Assembly (NCBI GenBank): GCA_044356455.1
Contig: JBIKWF010000088.1
Coordinates: 1 to 19,041, forward strand
DNA from: Bdellovibrionota bacterium
GTDB taxonomy: Bacteria; Bdellovibrionota_C; UBA2361; JBGSMV01
Length of the DNA stretch: 19,041 bases
Reading direction: 5' to 3'
The number at the start of each line of letters is the position of its first letter. Within the stretch, counting starts at the first letter, position 1. Below are positions 1-7,822 of the stretch, one piece after another. Position numbers and translations under genes: made by a program. The notes beneath the pieces were generated by a model. The model saw only the letters and a program-made list of their open reading frames with translations. It was not told where the DNA came from and searched no databases.

Positions 1-87
1 CCGTTCGCCACGACAGAGTGTCGAACTGCGAGGGGGCTCCAAATCGCTCCCGATGGTCGCGATTTGCTAACGCCATCCGGGCGTTAG

Positions 88-137
88 CTAGCCTGGTCTT
101 CTCTCGGCCCTTGGGGGCCGTGAGAAGACCAGGCTAG
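88..137. repeat. CTAG-bounded 50-bp near-perfect inverted repeat (REP/MITE-like hairpin)
   Basis: CTAGCCTGGTCTTCTC-T-CGGCCC / TTGG loop / GGGCCG-T-GAGAAGACCAGGCTAG; 22 of 23 stem positions pair. Smaller hairpins precede it (AAATCGC...GCGATTT; GCTAACGCC...GGCGTTAGC). Confidence 0.7.
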
Positions 138-166
138 TGAGGTAGTGTCCTCATGGAAAGGGGCTT

Positions 167-1405
167 ATGCAATTTATAAGGAAGGTGCTTTCCTGCACGC
201 GAAGTGCGGCGTTGATGCTTCTTCTCGCACTTACTTCCTTTCTGTCTATTTCTCGAGGGGCGTTTGCAGAAGAGCCGCCAGCTACAAAAGCAGTTACAAA
301 AGAGGTCCCACTATTTGTCGATTTTCTCCAGTATCGCTCCGCGGCCACCGCACTCGTTACGGGACAAAACCCCTATGATCCAGCAGTTATTGCCGCACTA
401 GAATACCAAGAATTTCCGAATCTGCCTGAGGCGGTCTTGCAGTGGAATCCGCCGTTACTTTTCCCCTTCACGCTACCTTTTGCTGGAGTGAGTTTTGGCC
501 TTGGGAGCTTATTGTGGGCAAGCCTACTTGTCGCTCTTCTTGCATGGAGTGCTCAGCGTCTTCTTCATTATCAATGCTTTCTCAATCAAGAGAGGCAGCT
601 TTCTCGCTCTTGGTCGCAGAAAGTTACCTTCGTCTTAGGGCTATTCTTGTTTTTCCCGCTTTGGGAATGTTTTCGATATGGCCAAGTTTCGCCATTACTC
701 TTAGCCGGGTTTACAGGTTTCTTGCTACTACGGCTTCAAGGAAAGGAGAGTTTTTCGAGTCGCTATGCCGCAGGGCTTTGCTTGTCCCTGACCCTCATTA
801 AGCCGCATCTCCTCTATCTGCTGTATTTAGGCTTAAGTTTTGAAGCACTTCGGAAGAGACGATACGGCGAGCTCCTTGGATTTATCTCCGGAGCCTTCGT
901 TCTGGGAGGGATTCCTCTCTTCTGGAGGCCATCGATCTGGCAGGATTACTTCTTCGCGCTACAGTCGATGCCGCTCTATTTCCAGACCCCAACCTTGGGG
1001 AGCCTCCTGCAATCTTTGGATCCCACGGCGCAGTGGATTCGATTTCTGCCCATGTTTGCTGTTGGAGCTGGGTCCATCCCTTTTCTTTTTGTGTATTCGA
1101 GAAAGGCAATTTCTCAGGAGGTCTACCTCTTTCTCGCGGCTCTTTCTCTCTTTACTTCGCCCTATGGTTGGATTTACGACCTTGTACTTCTCCTGCCTCT
1201 TGTGGTGGCGCTCTTGTCTTCCCACTTTTCACACAGGAAGCTTGTGGCAGCATATTTGGCCCTGAGTGCGCTTGGATTTCCCTGGTACGGGACTATCGAA
1301 ATACAAGAGTACTGGTGGTATTCCCTTGGACTAGTAATGCTTGGCTGGTTTTACGCACGTTCGTCGAGTCCTGCGTTCGCCGAGTCCTCTGCCTCCGCGC
1401 GTTAA
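167..1405 (+). CDS. GT-C fold membrane glycosyltransferase, GT87/DUF2029-like
   Basis: 412 aa with many hydrophobic helices and the motifs DFLQYRSA...GQNPYD, WNPP, YGQVS, IKPH and PYGWIYD typical of GT87-like proteins. Confidence 0.8.
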   Translation: MQFIRKVLSCTRSAALMLLLALTSFLSISRGAFAEEPPATKAVTKEVPLFVDFLQYRSAATALVTGQNPYDPAVIAALEYQEFPNLPEAVLQWNPPLLFPFTLPFAGVSFGLGSLLWASLLVALLAWSAQRLLHYQCFLNQERQLSRSWSQKVTFVLGLFLFFPLWECFRYGQVSPLLLAGFTGFLLLRLQGKESFSSRYAAGLCLSLTLIKPHLLYLLYLGLSFEALRKRRYGELLGFISGAFVLGGIPLFWRPSIWQDYFFALQSMPLYFQTPTLGSLLQSLDPTAQWIRFLPMFAVGAGSIPFLFVYSRKAISQEVYLFLAALSLFTSPYGWIYDLVLLLPLVVALLSSHFSHRKLVAAYLALSALGFPWYGTIEIQEYWWYSLGLVMLGWFYARSSSPAFAESSASAR

Positions 1406-1417
1406 ATACGATAGCAA

Positions 1418-1726
1418 TTAGGAGAACTTCTCCCCGCGCAGCACTTCCACTTCAGTGCGAAAGGCAACAAGGGCATATTTGCCAATGAATTCATCTCGAA
1501 TTGCTGCGAGGATGCGCTCGGAAAGTTCCTCGCTTACGAGGGTCTTAATTTCAACGTTGTGACCTTCCCAATCGCTTGCGCGAACCGAGCCGAGGGAGTC
1601 GCCCCGGCATGTTCCCACCGAATAGCCCTTTACACCGAGCCCCTTAATAACCTCGAGGAGCCGCGCCTCTATCAGCGCTTCTGAAACGATAGTGATGAGC
1701 ATCCGCTTTTCGGTTTTAATTGCCAT
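1418..1726 (-). CDS. sbtB: P-II-like signal transduction protein (SbtB-like)
   Basis: About 102 aa (MAIKTEKRMLITIVSEALIE...GVKGYS...NVEIKTLVSEE...VEVLRGEKF). ATG at 1726 is preferred over 1756 because it lies 5 nt after the sbtA-like stop. Adjacent to an SbtA-family permease. Confidence 0.8.
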   Translation of the reverse strand: MAIKTEKRMLITIVSEALIEARLLEVIKGLGVKGYSVGTCRGDSLGSVRASDWEGHNVEIKTLVSEELSERILAAIRDEFIGKYALVAFRTEVEVLRGEKFS

Positions 1727-1731
1727 GCCAC

Positions 1732-2688
1732 TCAGTAAAGTAAGGTAGTCATCCAATAGTAGAGAGGAATGCCGAGAGAGAGGTTGAAGGGAAAAGTAAT
1801 TCCGAGGGAGGAGGTGACATAGTAACTCGGGTTAGCCTCGGGCAGTGCAATTCTTACCGCGGCAGGAGCTGCGATGTAGGAAGCGCTTGCCGCCATAGTG
1901 GCAAGGACCGTAGTTCCTCCAAGAGAGAGGCCGGCGCTATAACCAGCGAATACCCCAAGAATGCCATGCAGGATTGGCACAAGAATTCCGTAGGCGATTA
2001 GGGTGGCTCCGATTTTCCCAATATCTGAAAGTCGACTCCCGCACACCATTCCAATTTCAAGCATGAAGAGAACAAGAAGACCGGGGAAAAGGTCCTGAAA
2101 GAGGGGGGCCACTTTGGTAAACCCCGTGGGGCCGCTTAAGAAGCCGATGAGAAGGCCGCCAATTAGCAAGACGATGCTCTTGCCCGCAACAACTTCGTGG
2201 AGGGCTTTCCGCATGGGGACTTGGCTTGAGCCTCTTGATTTCGCAAGGAGTAGGGCAATTACAATCGCGGGAATCTCAAGCGTGGCGACTAACGCTGGCA
2301 TAAAAGATTCCGCTTTTAGCGACAGGCCCTGGAGGAATGAGAGGGACGCAAAAAAAGTTACGACTGATACCGAACCATAGTGTGCCGCAAGAGCCGCCGA
2401 ATCAATGCGGCCGAACTTTCCAAGGTGCCTTGCAATTAAATAAGCAATCAAGGGGGTGATGATTCCGAGGCAGAGGGTTGCAAGTAAGGGAGCAATAATC
2501 TGACTCAGCCCGCTCTCCCGAAGTGCGACACCACCTTTCAAGCCGATGGCGAGTAAAAGGCAGATTGAAAGCGAAGAGTACAGGGCGTCGGGGAATCTGA
2601 GATCGCTTTTTATCAGCACCGCGAAGATGCCGAGAATAAAAGCGAGAATCATCGGCGAGCTAAGATTTGTTAGAATGAGATCCAACAT
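1732..2688 (-). CDS. sbtA: sodium-dependent bicarbonate transport family permease (SbtA/DUF897)
   Basis: 318 aa polytopic membrane protein with signature motifs KSDLRFP, LLLAIGLKGG, AAHYGSVSVVTF, ASASYIAAPAA and SLGITFPFNL. Confidence 0.9.
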   Translation of the reverse strand: MLDLILTNLSSPMILAFILGIFAVLIKSDLRFPDALYSSLSICLLLAIGLKGGVALRESGLSQIIAPLLATLCLGIITPLIAYLIARHLGKFGRIDSAALAAHYGSVSVVTFFASLSFLQGLSLKAESFMPALVATLEIPAIVIALLLAKSRGSSQVPMRKALHEVVAGKSIVLLIGGLLIGFLSGPTGFTKVAPLFQDLFPGLLVLFMLEIGMVCGSRLSDIGKIGATLIAYGILVPILHGILGVFAGYSAGLSLGGTTVLATMAASASYIAAPAAVRIALPEANPSYYVTSSLGITFPFNLSLGIPLYYWMTTLLY

Positions 2689-2922
2689 AAGGCTTTGGCC
2701 TTGCTTATAGCAGCTAGGCTTGTGAACCGTTCGAAGGTTGCACGGCAGAACAATATGTTCAAGTAAGAAAAGGGGGAATCCAGGTAGGGATGCACATAAG
2801 GAGATGCTTCTAAAGTTCGATAATGAACGAGCCAGTGTGTGCTGGCTTCCTGCCCCTGCTGATGTGGGGCTTCTTAGGGCGGGCTCAGTAGATCTGTGGA
2901 TGATTAGCTGCGAGGAAAGGCT

Positions 2923-2969
2923 CTAGGAGCCTGTTCCATAAAAATCTTTGCTACTACATGTTGTGGTGT
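2923..2969. mobile_element. partial copy (left end) of the CTAG-ended miniature element at 4358-4473
   Basis: CTAGGAGCCTGTTCCATAAAAA...CTACTACATGTTGTGGTG aligns with CTAGGAGTCTGTCCCGTAAAAA...CCACTACAAGTTGTGGTG. No clear right end was found. Confidence 0.5.
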
Positions 2970-3011
2970 GGGAACGGGAGAACCTCTTAGTCATTATTGC
3001 TCACGGGATTC

Positions 3012-4301
3012 CTACCCTCGAAGGAGCGTAAGGGCGAGCTGCGGCTGCTGATTGGCCTGAGCAAGCACCGCGGCTCCAGCCTGCTGCAGAATTTGGAGCC
3101 TGGATAAATTCGCAGATTCTGCTCCGATATCGGCGTCCCGTATTCGGGATTCAGCCTGAGCGCGAGTTTCGCCTGAGGTAAATGCGAGTAGAAGCGCGGA
3201 CTCAAGCCGAGATTGAGTAGCGCCGATCGATCCGCGAATAGAGTTCAATTCGTCCTGACGGGAGCGCACAGCCGTGAGGGCATTTCGTGCGGCCTCTACT
3301 GTGGCAACTGAAGTGAAATCAATGGCACTTGCCTGATTGCCCGCTGAACTATCCCGAAACGAGAGGCCAGACAGGTCCAGTAAGATGCTTGAGCCAAGAC
3401 CAGTGTCTACACTTATAGAACCATCACCGTTTATCTTTCCCGTTGATTCATTGAAGGAGTAACTGCCAGTATTGCCCGCGTAGAATTCGCTATAAGCTGT
3501 ATCAGAGGCGCCTTTTGCTTCGAACAGCCCCGTATCCGAGTTCTCAAGAAAACTTACAGGGCTAAAAGTATTCCCCTGAGCCACGAGCCCTATGACTAGA
3601 CGTCTGGTATTTCCGGCTGAGTCTTGGACCTCTAATACTGCGGCTTGCTGATTGAATCTCTGAAGGAGAGTATCGAGGTCCTGCGCTGCGCGAAAGGCAT
3701 CTAGGTCTCCATCTTGGGGAAAGACTCCATCTTGGTTCCAATCGACGGTGGCAAAGCGGGAGATATCAAAATTGCCGCTCCAAGACCCAGTATTGTAGCC
3801 CTGTAGCGAAATGATGGAGTTACTGCTGCTATTGATTCCCGCTTGTAGGCTCAAGCTAGAGGCTTGACCTCTTCGCCCGGCAAGGAGCAGGCTTTGACCG
3901 TTAAATTCAGTGCTATCGCCAAGGCGTCCGAGTTCTCGAACGAGTTGTTGGTACTCCTTGTCGAGATTTCCCCTTTGCGCGGAACCATAGGTTCCATTAG
4001 CTGATTGTTCTGAGAGTTCTGCAAGGCGTGTGAGAATAGTCGATTGTTGAGTGACTGAGCTGTCCATGATTCCAAGAGCGGAGAGCCCATCGCCGATATT
4101 GCGCTGAGCAACGATAAAGAGTCGGCGTTCTGCGCCTAGCTTGTCAGCAACCGCGAGTCCGGCAGCATCATCGGAAGCGCGATTGATTCGTTGACCAGAG
4201 GACAGGCGTTCGTACACGCGCTCGAGCGCGGACGAAGAGTCCGCCAATCGTCGCTGAGCTATTTGCGACGCCAGATTTGAGCGTATCCCGATACCTGACA
4301 C
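3012..4301 (-). CDS. flagellin-family protein (orphan paralogue)
   Basis: Flagellin N-terminal motifs ERLSSGQRINRASDDAAGLAV and QSANGTY; C-terminal RGSIGATQSRLE, AESRIRDADIG, LQQAGAAVLAQANQQPQ. GTG start preceded by AGGGGA. Confidence 0.93.
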   Translation of the reverse strand: MSGIGIRSNLASQIAQRRLADSSSALERVYERLSSGQRINRASDDAAGLAVADKLGAERRLFIVAQRNIGDGLSALGIMDSSVTQQSTILTRLAELSEQSANGTYGSAQRGNLDKEYQQLVRELGRLGDSTEFNGQSLLLAGRRGQASSLSLQAGINSSSNSIISLQGYNTGSWSGNFDISRFATVDWNQDGVFPQDGDLDAFRAAQDLDTLLQRFNQQAAVLEVQDSAGNTRRLVIGLVAQGNTFSPVSFLENSDTGLFEAKGASDTAYSEFYAGNTGSYSFNESTGKINGDGSISVDTGLGSSILLDLSGLSFRDSSAGNQASAIDFTSVATVEAARNALTAVRSRQDELNSIRGSIGATQSRLESALLLAFTSGETRAQAESRIRDADIGAESANLSRLQILQQAGAAVLAQANQQPQLALTLLRG

Positions 4302-4357
4302 GTCTATCCCCTAGGTCGGCCCAGTCGTGTAGTTCCCAAAAAGCCGACACACCTCGG

Positions 4358-4473
4358 CTAGGAGTCTGTCCCGTAAAAACTCTCACCACTACAAGTTGTG
4401 GTGGCAGCGGGACAGCCCACCTACGGATTGTGTCCAGAATGAAGATTTATGTTTCTTCGGGACACACTCCTAG
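4358..4473. mobile_element. 116-bp MITE-like element with terminal inverted repeats and CTAG at both ends
   Basis: Left end CTAGGAGTCTGTCCCG; right end reverse complement CTAGGAGTGTGTCCCG (15/16 identical). No coding capacity. Confidence 0.7.
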
Positions 4474-4732
4474 TTAAGTTGAAAACACAGGGCATTCGAC
4501 ATCTCTAGAGTTCGGCAGGAAGTCCCCCTTCGCCCAAGCGGGAACTTTAGAGAAGGTGGCGATTTCTATTTGATTTCTGAGGCCTGGAGCTCTTCTCAGA
4601 GAAATGCCTAAGCAACTTACCTAGGTTCTCACGGTCTCGAGGGGAAAGCGTGCTCGCCCCGAGACCCCGGCAGCCCATAAGAATAAGTACCGATGACCAC
4701 TTCATCGCTACCGTGATGTTCAGATTACAGTC

Positions 4733-4771
4733 TGGAGCTACTGCTTGGAGCTGCTGATTGGAGCCGCGGGA
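4733..4771. repeat. three TGGAGC-led units at 13-bp spacing
   Basis: TGGAGCTACTGCT / TGGAGCTGCTGAT / TGGAGCCGCGGGA starting at 4733, 4746 and 4759. Confidence 0.6.
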
Positions 4772-4809
4772 ATTGATTCAGATAAGAAAGCCGAGAAGCC
4801 TCGCGTGTT

Positions 4810-5043
4810 TTATGCAGGCACTTTCTTAGGTCCTGGTAAATTCCCAGTGAGTTGGCGACCCAATTTTGTCGGCTCTCCATCGACTGGTCCGATCGCGGGA
4901 ACGCCCGGGATTGCTAGCTCATTCAGGATTGTCTCTTCAAGATCAGCGAGGGCAGCGCCGCCTTCCTTGGTCTGTGGTCTCATGGCGAGTTTGCGCTGCT
5001 CTTCAGCAGAAGGAGTAGGTGCGGGTGTCATTGAAGCGACCAT
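4810..5043 (-). CDS. small hypothetical protein, probably co-transcribed with the GNAT gene
   Basis: 77 aa; ATG 6 nt after the GNAT stop on the same strand; Pro/Gly-rich with one predicted helix; no recognised family. Confidence 0.5.
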   Translation of the reverse strand: MVASMTPAPTPSAEEQRKLAMRPQTKEGGAALADLEETILNELAIPGVPAIGPVDGEPTKLGRQLTGNLPGPKKVPA

Positions 5044-5049
5044 AGGTTT

Positions 5050-5730
5050 TCAATCCTTGCCAAAAACTTTCGCCAGTAACCCAAGCGCGGCGTCCGAGGA
5101 CAGCTCCATCGCCATCAAGTTCTCGTGATGCGGGTCATGCCCAAGTGTAACAAACCCTAGCCTTGCATAAAAGGCTTCTGCTTGGGGGAGTGCATGCAGA
5201 ACCACCCGGCCACCTAAGCCATTGTAAAGACTGAGTCTAACTGCGCCGATGATCATCTGAGTTCCCACCCCGGAGAACCTAGGTTCTTGTTCGACCTCCG
5301 GAACTCTGAGGTTCCAAGGCGCGGATTCTAGAAACCGCACATAGATGAACTCTCCGATCAGTGGTGCCGCATGATATCCGTCAGCGGACTTTTCATACAA
5401 TCCCAGTCCCTGCCAGTGGGTCTCGGCCTCGATGCCGAAAAAACGTACATCGTCTGCTGCCGTAGAAAGAGATACAGGGTCCACAAGGGGATTAAATCTG
5501 AGAAGTTGCGAAATCTTTCGAGTCCAGCTCCAGTGACCATGCTCAAAATCGAGCTGGCGTAGAGTACCGGCTTGCAAAGCCCTCTCTAAAATGGAAGCCC
5601 GGGCATCCGCCCATTGACGCTCGGCGGTGATGACGGACTGTGCATTCATGCGCGGGTCAAGCGACGCCTCCATCGGTTGCGGCGGACTGCTTTTGTTATC
5701 GCGAAGCCATATTTGCATCTTGTCGAGCAT
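5050..5730 (-). CDS. GNAT family N-acetyltransferase
   Basis: Acetyl-CoA binding motif RFSGVG, plus YVRFLESAPWN and GRVVLHALPQAEAFYARLGF. Confidence 0.85.
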   Translation of the reverse strand: MLDKMQIWLRDNKSSPPQPMEASLDPRMNAQSVITAERQWADARASILERALQAGTLRQLDFEHGHWSWTRKISQLLRFNPLVDPVSLSTAADDVRFFGIEAETHWQGLGLYEKSADGYHAAPLIGEFIYVRFLESAPWNLRVPEVEQEPRFSGVGTQMIIGAVRLSLYNGLGGRVVLHALPQAEAFYARLGFVTLGHDPHHENLMAMELSSDAALGLLAKVFGKD

Positions 5731-5796
5731 GGGAAGAGATTACTCGGTGCGCAGCGGTAATCAACTAACGAGCCATCGCGCAAGCTGTTGATTCGA

Positions 5797-5808
5797 TTGG
5801 AGCTCCAA
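5797..5808. promoter_or_regulatory. perfect 12-bp palindrome TTGGAGCTCCAA between divergent genes (candidate operator)
   Basis: Seen directly. It shares the TGGAGC core with sites at 4733-4771 and 6653-6665. Confidence 0.35.
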
Positions 5809-5991
5809 AGCTCAGCCTGCCAAAAATAAATTATGAAATCTCAAAGGGGCAGATCGTTACTGGCATACTTGTGAAGCGGAGTAGTAGGTAAAAATTCCCC
5901 GCACGCTGCGTAACATTTTCATCGGCTCTCCCCATAACGGAATCGGGTGGGTCTCCGCATAGACCTTTCGGACCTCTTTTGAGTAAGTTCC

Positions 5992-6648
5992 ATGTATTAT
6001 CTTCGCAATCAACTCCTCACTCCGCTGGAAATTCTGGTTACCCTCAACGGGCCCGACTTTGATGTCTCGACCCCGCACGATAGAGCGGTCTTCTATTCCG
6101 GGAATAATTCATTCGAGCGCTCAATAACAGGAGACCCTGGTCGTAAAGGAGAAAACTGGAAAATCGCACAGTTTGTGAGTGAAGGGTCTTCTTGGGTAAG
6201 CATCGGAGATACTCCGGGTGGCAAGTGGCTTGAAGCACAGAACACCAAGCGCTTTGGAAAGGAAATTGACGAGAAACTGTGGGGGGCGGCTTCGTTAGAA
6301 TATGCACGTGCTGCATCGGGAAACGTTTTGGTGTACGTTGAAGGCGCCCTTCCGAACAAAGTTTTTCGCTCCATAGAGTTGCCAGCTCTTCTTCAGAACC
6401 AAAAGGTGAGTTCCATCAATGAGCTTGATTGCGGTGTTTTCCGTTTGATCGCCGCAGCTCACCCAGGTCAGGAAGGACTTGATGAGATTTATAAGCTCAT
6501 CCTTGATCCGGATAGATTCCATTTGCTTCGAGCCAATATTTTGGAGCGCCAGAACGATGGCCTCATTGCCCCAGAAGATTGCTTGCCGCGTGAAATTAGT
6601 AGTTTTCCTCTTCCTCACTCGCGGAGGGTGCTAACGAGGGCTGCGTGA
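5992..6648 (+). CDS. stand-alone ADP-ribosyl cyclase (CD38-like / Tox-ARC-like) domain protein, putative NAD+ glycohydrolase
   Basis: Ordered motifs VFYSG, SIGDTPGG, LWGAASLEYARAASGNVLVYVEG, VFRSIELPAL and KVSSI match CD38 LLWS, [41 protein letters not shown] and KVQTL. Aligned by eye against the remembered CD38 sequence. Confidence 0.72.
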   Translation: MYYLRNQLLTPLEILVTLNGPDFDVSTPHDRAVFYSGNNSFERSITGDPGRKGENWKIAQFVSEGSSWVSIGDTPGGKWLEAQNTKRFGKEIDEKLWGAASLEYARAASGNVLVYVEGALPNKVFRSIELPALLQNQKVSSINELDCGVFRLIAAAHPGQEGLDEIYKLILDPDRFHLLRANILERQNDGLIAPEDCLPREISSFPLPHSRRVLTRAA

Positions 6649-6886
6649 GTTTCCGCAGCTCCAATTTGGGCAGGTTCAATAACTAATCGCACCACGCAAG
6701 TTCGGGAACTCCCGAGGCGATTCAAAATACCTGTTCTGCGAGGATCTCCCTTTAAGGGGGCGAAGTTCGCCTTTTTGTTTCACTCATATCGGCGCAATCG
6801 GACTGCGGCGAGAAAAGGCGCTTAGGATTCTGTCTTGAGATTGTAAGTGGACATCAGATCTCCAAAGAAAAAGGCGACGATACCGA

Positions 6887-7822
6887 TCACAATTGCGAGG
6901 CAAACTCACCAATCCTTTCAAGGATCATCTCAAACGAAGGCTGTCCGGCATAATAAAGCGACGAGCTACGACGATAGGCCTCGGCGTATAGTTTCTGTGT
7001 TCTAGGATTACTTAAGATGAACGCATCATTCCTCGTAAGATCCTTTTCATCTTGCACGCGAAACTTTCTGTTTTTATGAGCATGATATTCTGAAGAGCCT
7101 ATGAAGCTAACAACCCTCTCTTGGCCAAGCAGCTCATATACATCGTGATAATGCCGCATGAAATTAACAGGCATGGTTGTCTGCTGTTGTTGCTGCCTAA
7201 ACTTTTTCGAAATCGCGCTCAGTTTTTCAATCAGCGTATACTCTGGATTATAGCAAGAAACTCCCTTAGCCCGATTATCAAGAAGATCTGCTCCCACTAA
7301 AGCAGCGTGATCATAAACCCAGGATGAAATGTTGTGTGGTTCGTTCGGAGTCGTGACATCAAACCCGATTTCTAGAAGTACAAAAGGTTTAACTCCTTCC
7401 AGTGATTCAAATTGAGTTGGGTAGAGCAGTCTTATGCCGAAGTTCCGCCTATCGGCATCATCAAATTCAATATCTCGCTCGGTTATCATTCCAGGAATTG
7501 AAAGTTTCTCAAAAATCCATTGGAAAAAGACTTCCCGCGACTTTACGTGAGATGGTTTGTCGTGATTCTTCCCGGTCTTTACGTCCATGTTGGGAGGCGG
7601 TTCGATCTGAATATCCACGTCTTCCGAGAATCGCTCAATCATTCTCCACCCCTTGGAGAGGGATGTTCCTCCTTTTAGAGCAAAGGTGAAGTTTTGATTC
7701 TGAAGTCCCCAAAGAGCATGCATTAGCCAATAGTCTTTCTCGATCAACTGCGGACGGATATTCTTTTGTCTAAACAAAAGATAAATTAGCTGCTCAAAAT
7801 CAGTACTATCATGAAGAACTCT
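6887..7822 (-). CDS. AbiEii/AbiGii-family nucleotidyltransferase toxin with a disrupted 5' end (first in-frame start is TTG at 7777; homologous-looking reading frame is open to 7822)
   Basis: Motifs LIEKDYW, LKGGTSLSK, RFSEDVDI, TLIEKLSA and RHYHDVY. Fifteen upstream in-frame codons (RVLHDSTDFEQLIYL) run back to the antitoxin TAG. Confidence 0.88.
   Translation of the reverse strand, partial: RVLHDSTDFEQLIYLLFRQKNIRPQLIEKDYWLMHALWGLQNQNFTFALKGGTSLSKGWRMIERFSEDVDIQIEPPPNMDVKTGKNHDKPSHVKSREVFFQWIFEKLSIPGMITERDIEFDDADRRNFGIRLLYPTQFESLEGVKPFVLLEIGFDVTTPNEPHNISSWVYDHAALVGADLLDNRAKGVSCYNPEYTLIEKLSAISKKFRQQQQQTTMPVNFMRHYHDVYELLGQERVVSFIGSSEYHAHKNRKFRVQDEKDLTRNDAFILSNPRTQKLYAEAYRRSSSLYYAGQPSFEMILERIGEFASQL

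Noticed and set aside
66..88. integron attC site (GCTAAC...GTTAGC)
   Set aside because: Far too short for an attC, with no L boxes, cassette array or integrase.
4302..4540. sigma28 promoter for the flagellin
   Set aside because: GCCGA half-sites exist on the minus strand, but none has TAAA at the expected spacing.
4745..5128. 127-aa plus-strand ORF
   Set aside because: Antisense to the GNAT 3' end and its coupled small ORF, TTG start inside a repeat, no motifs.
5857..6078. 73-aa minus-strand ORF as antitoxin for the GNAT or immunity protein for the ARC-like gene
   Set aside because: It overlaps the ARC-like ORF antisense by 87 bp and has no RHH/DUF1778-like pattern; not excluded, but unsupported.
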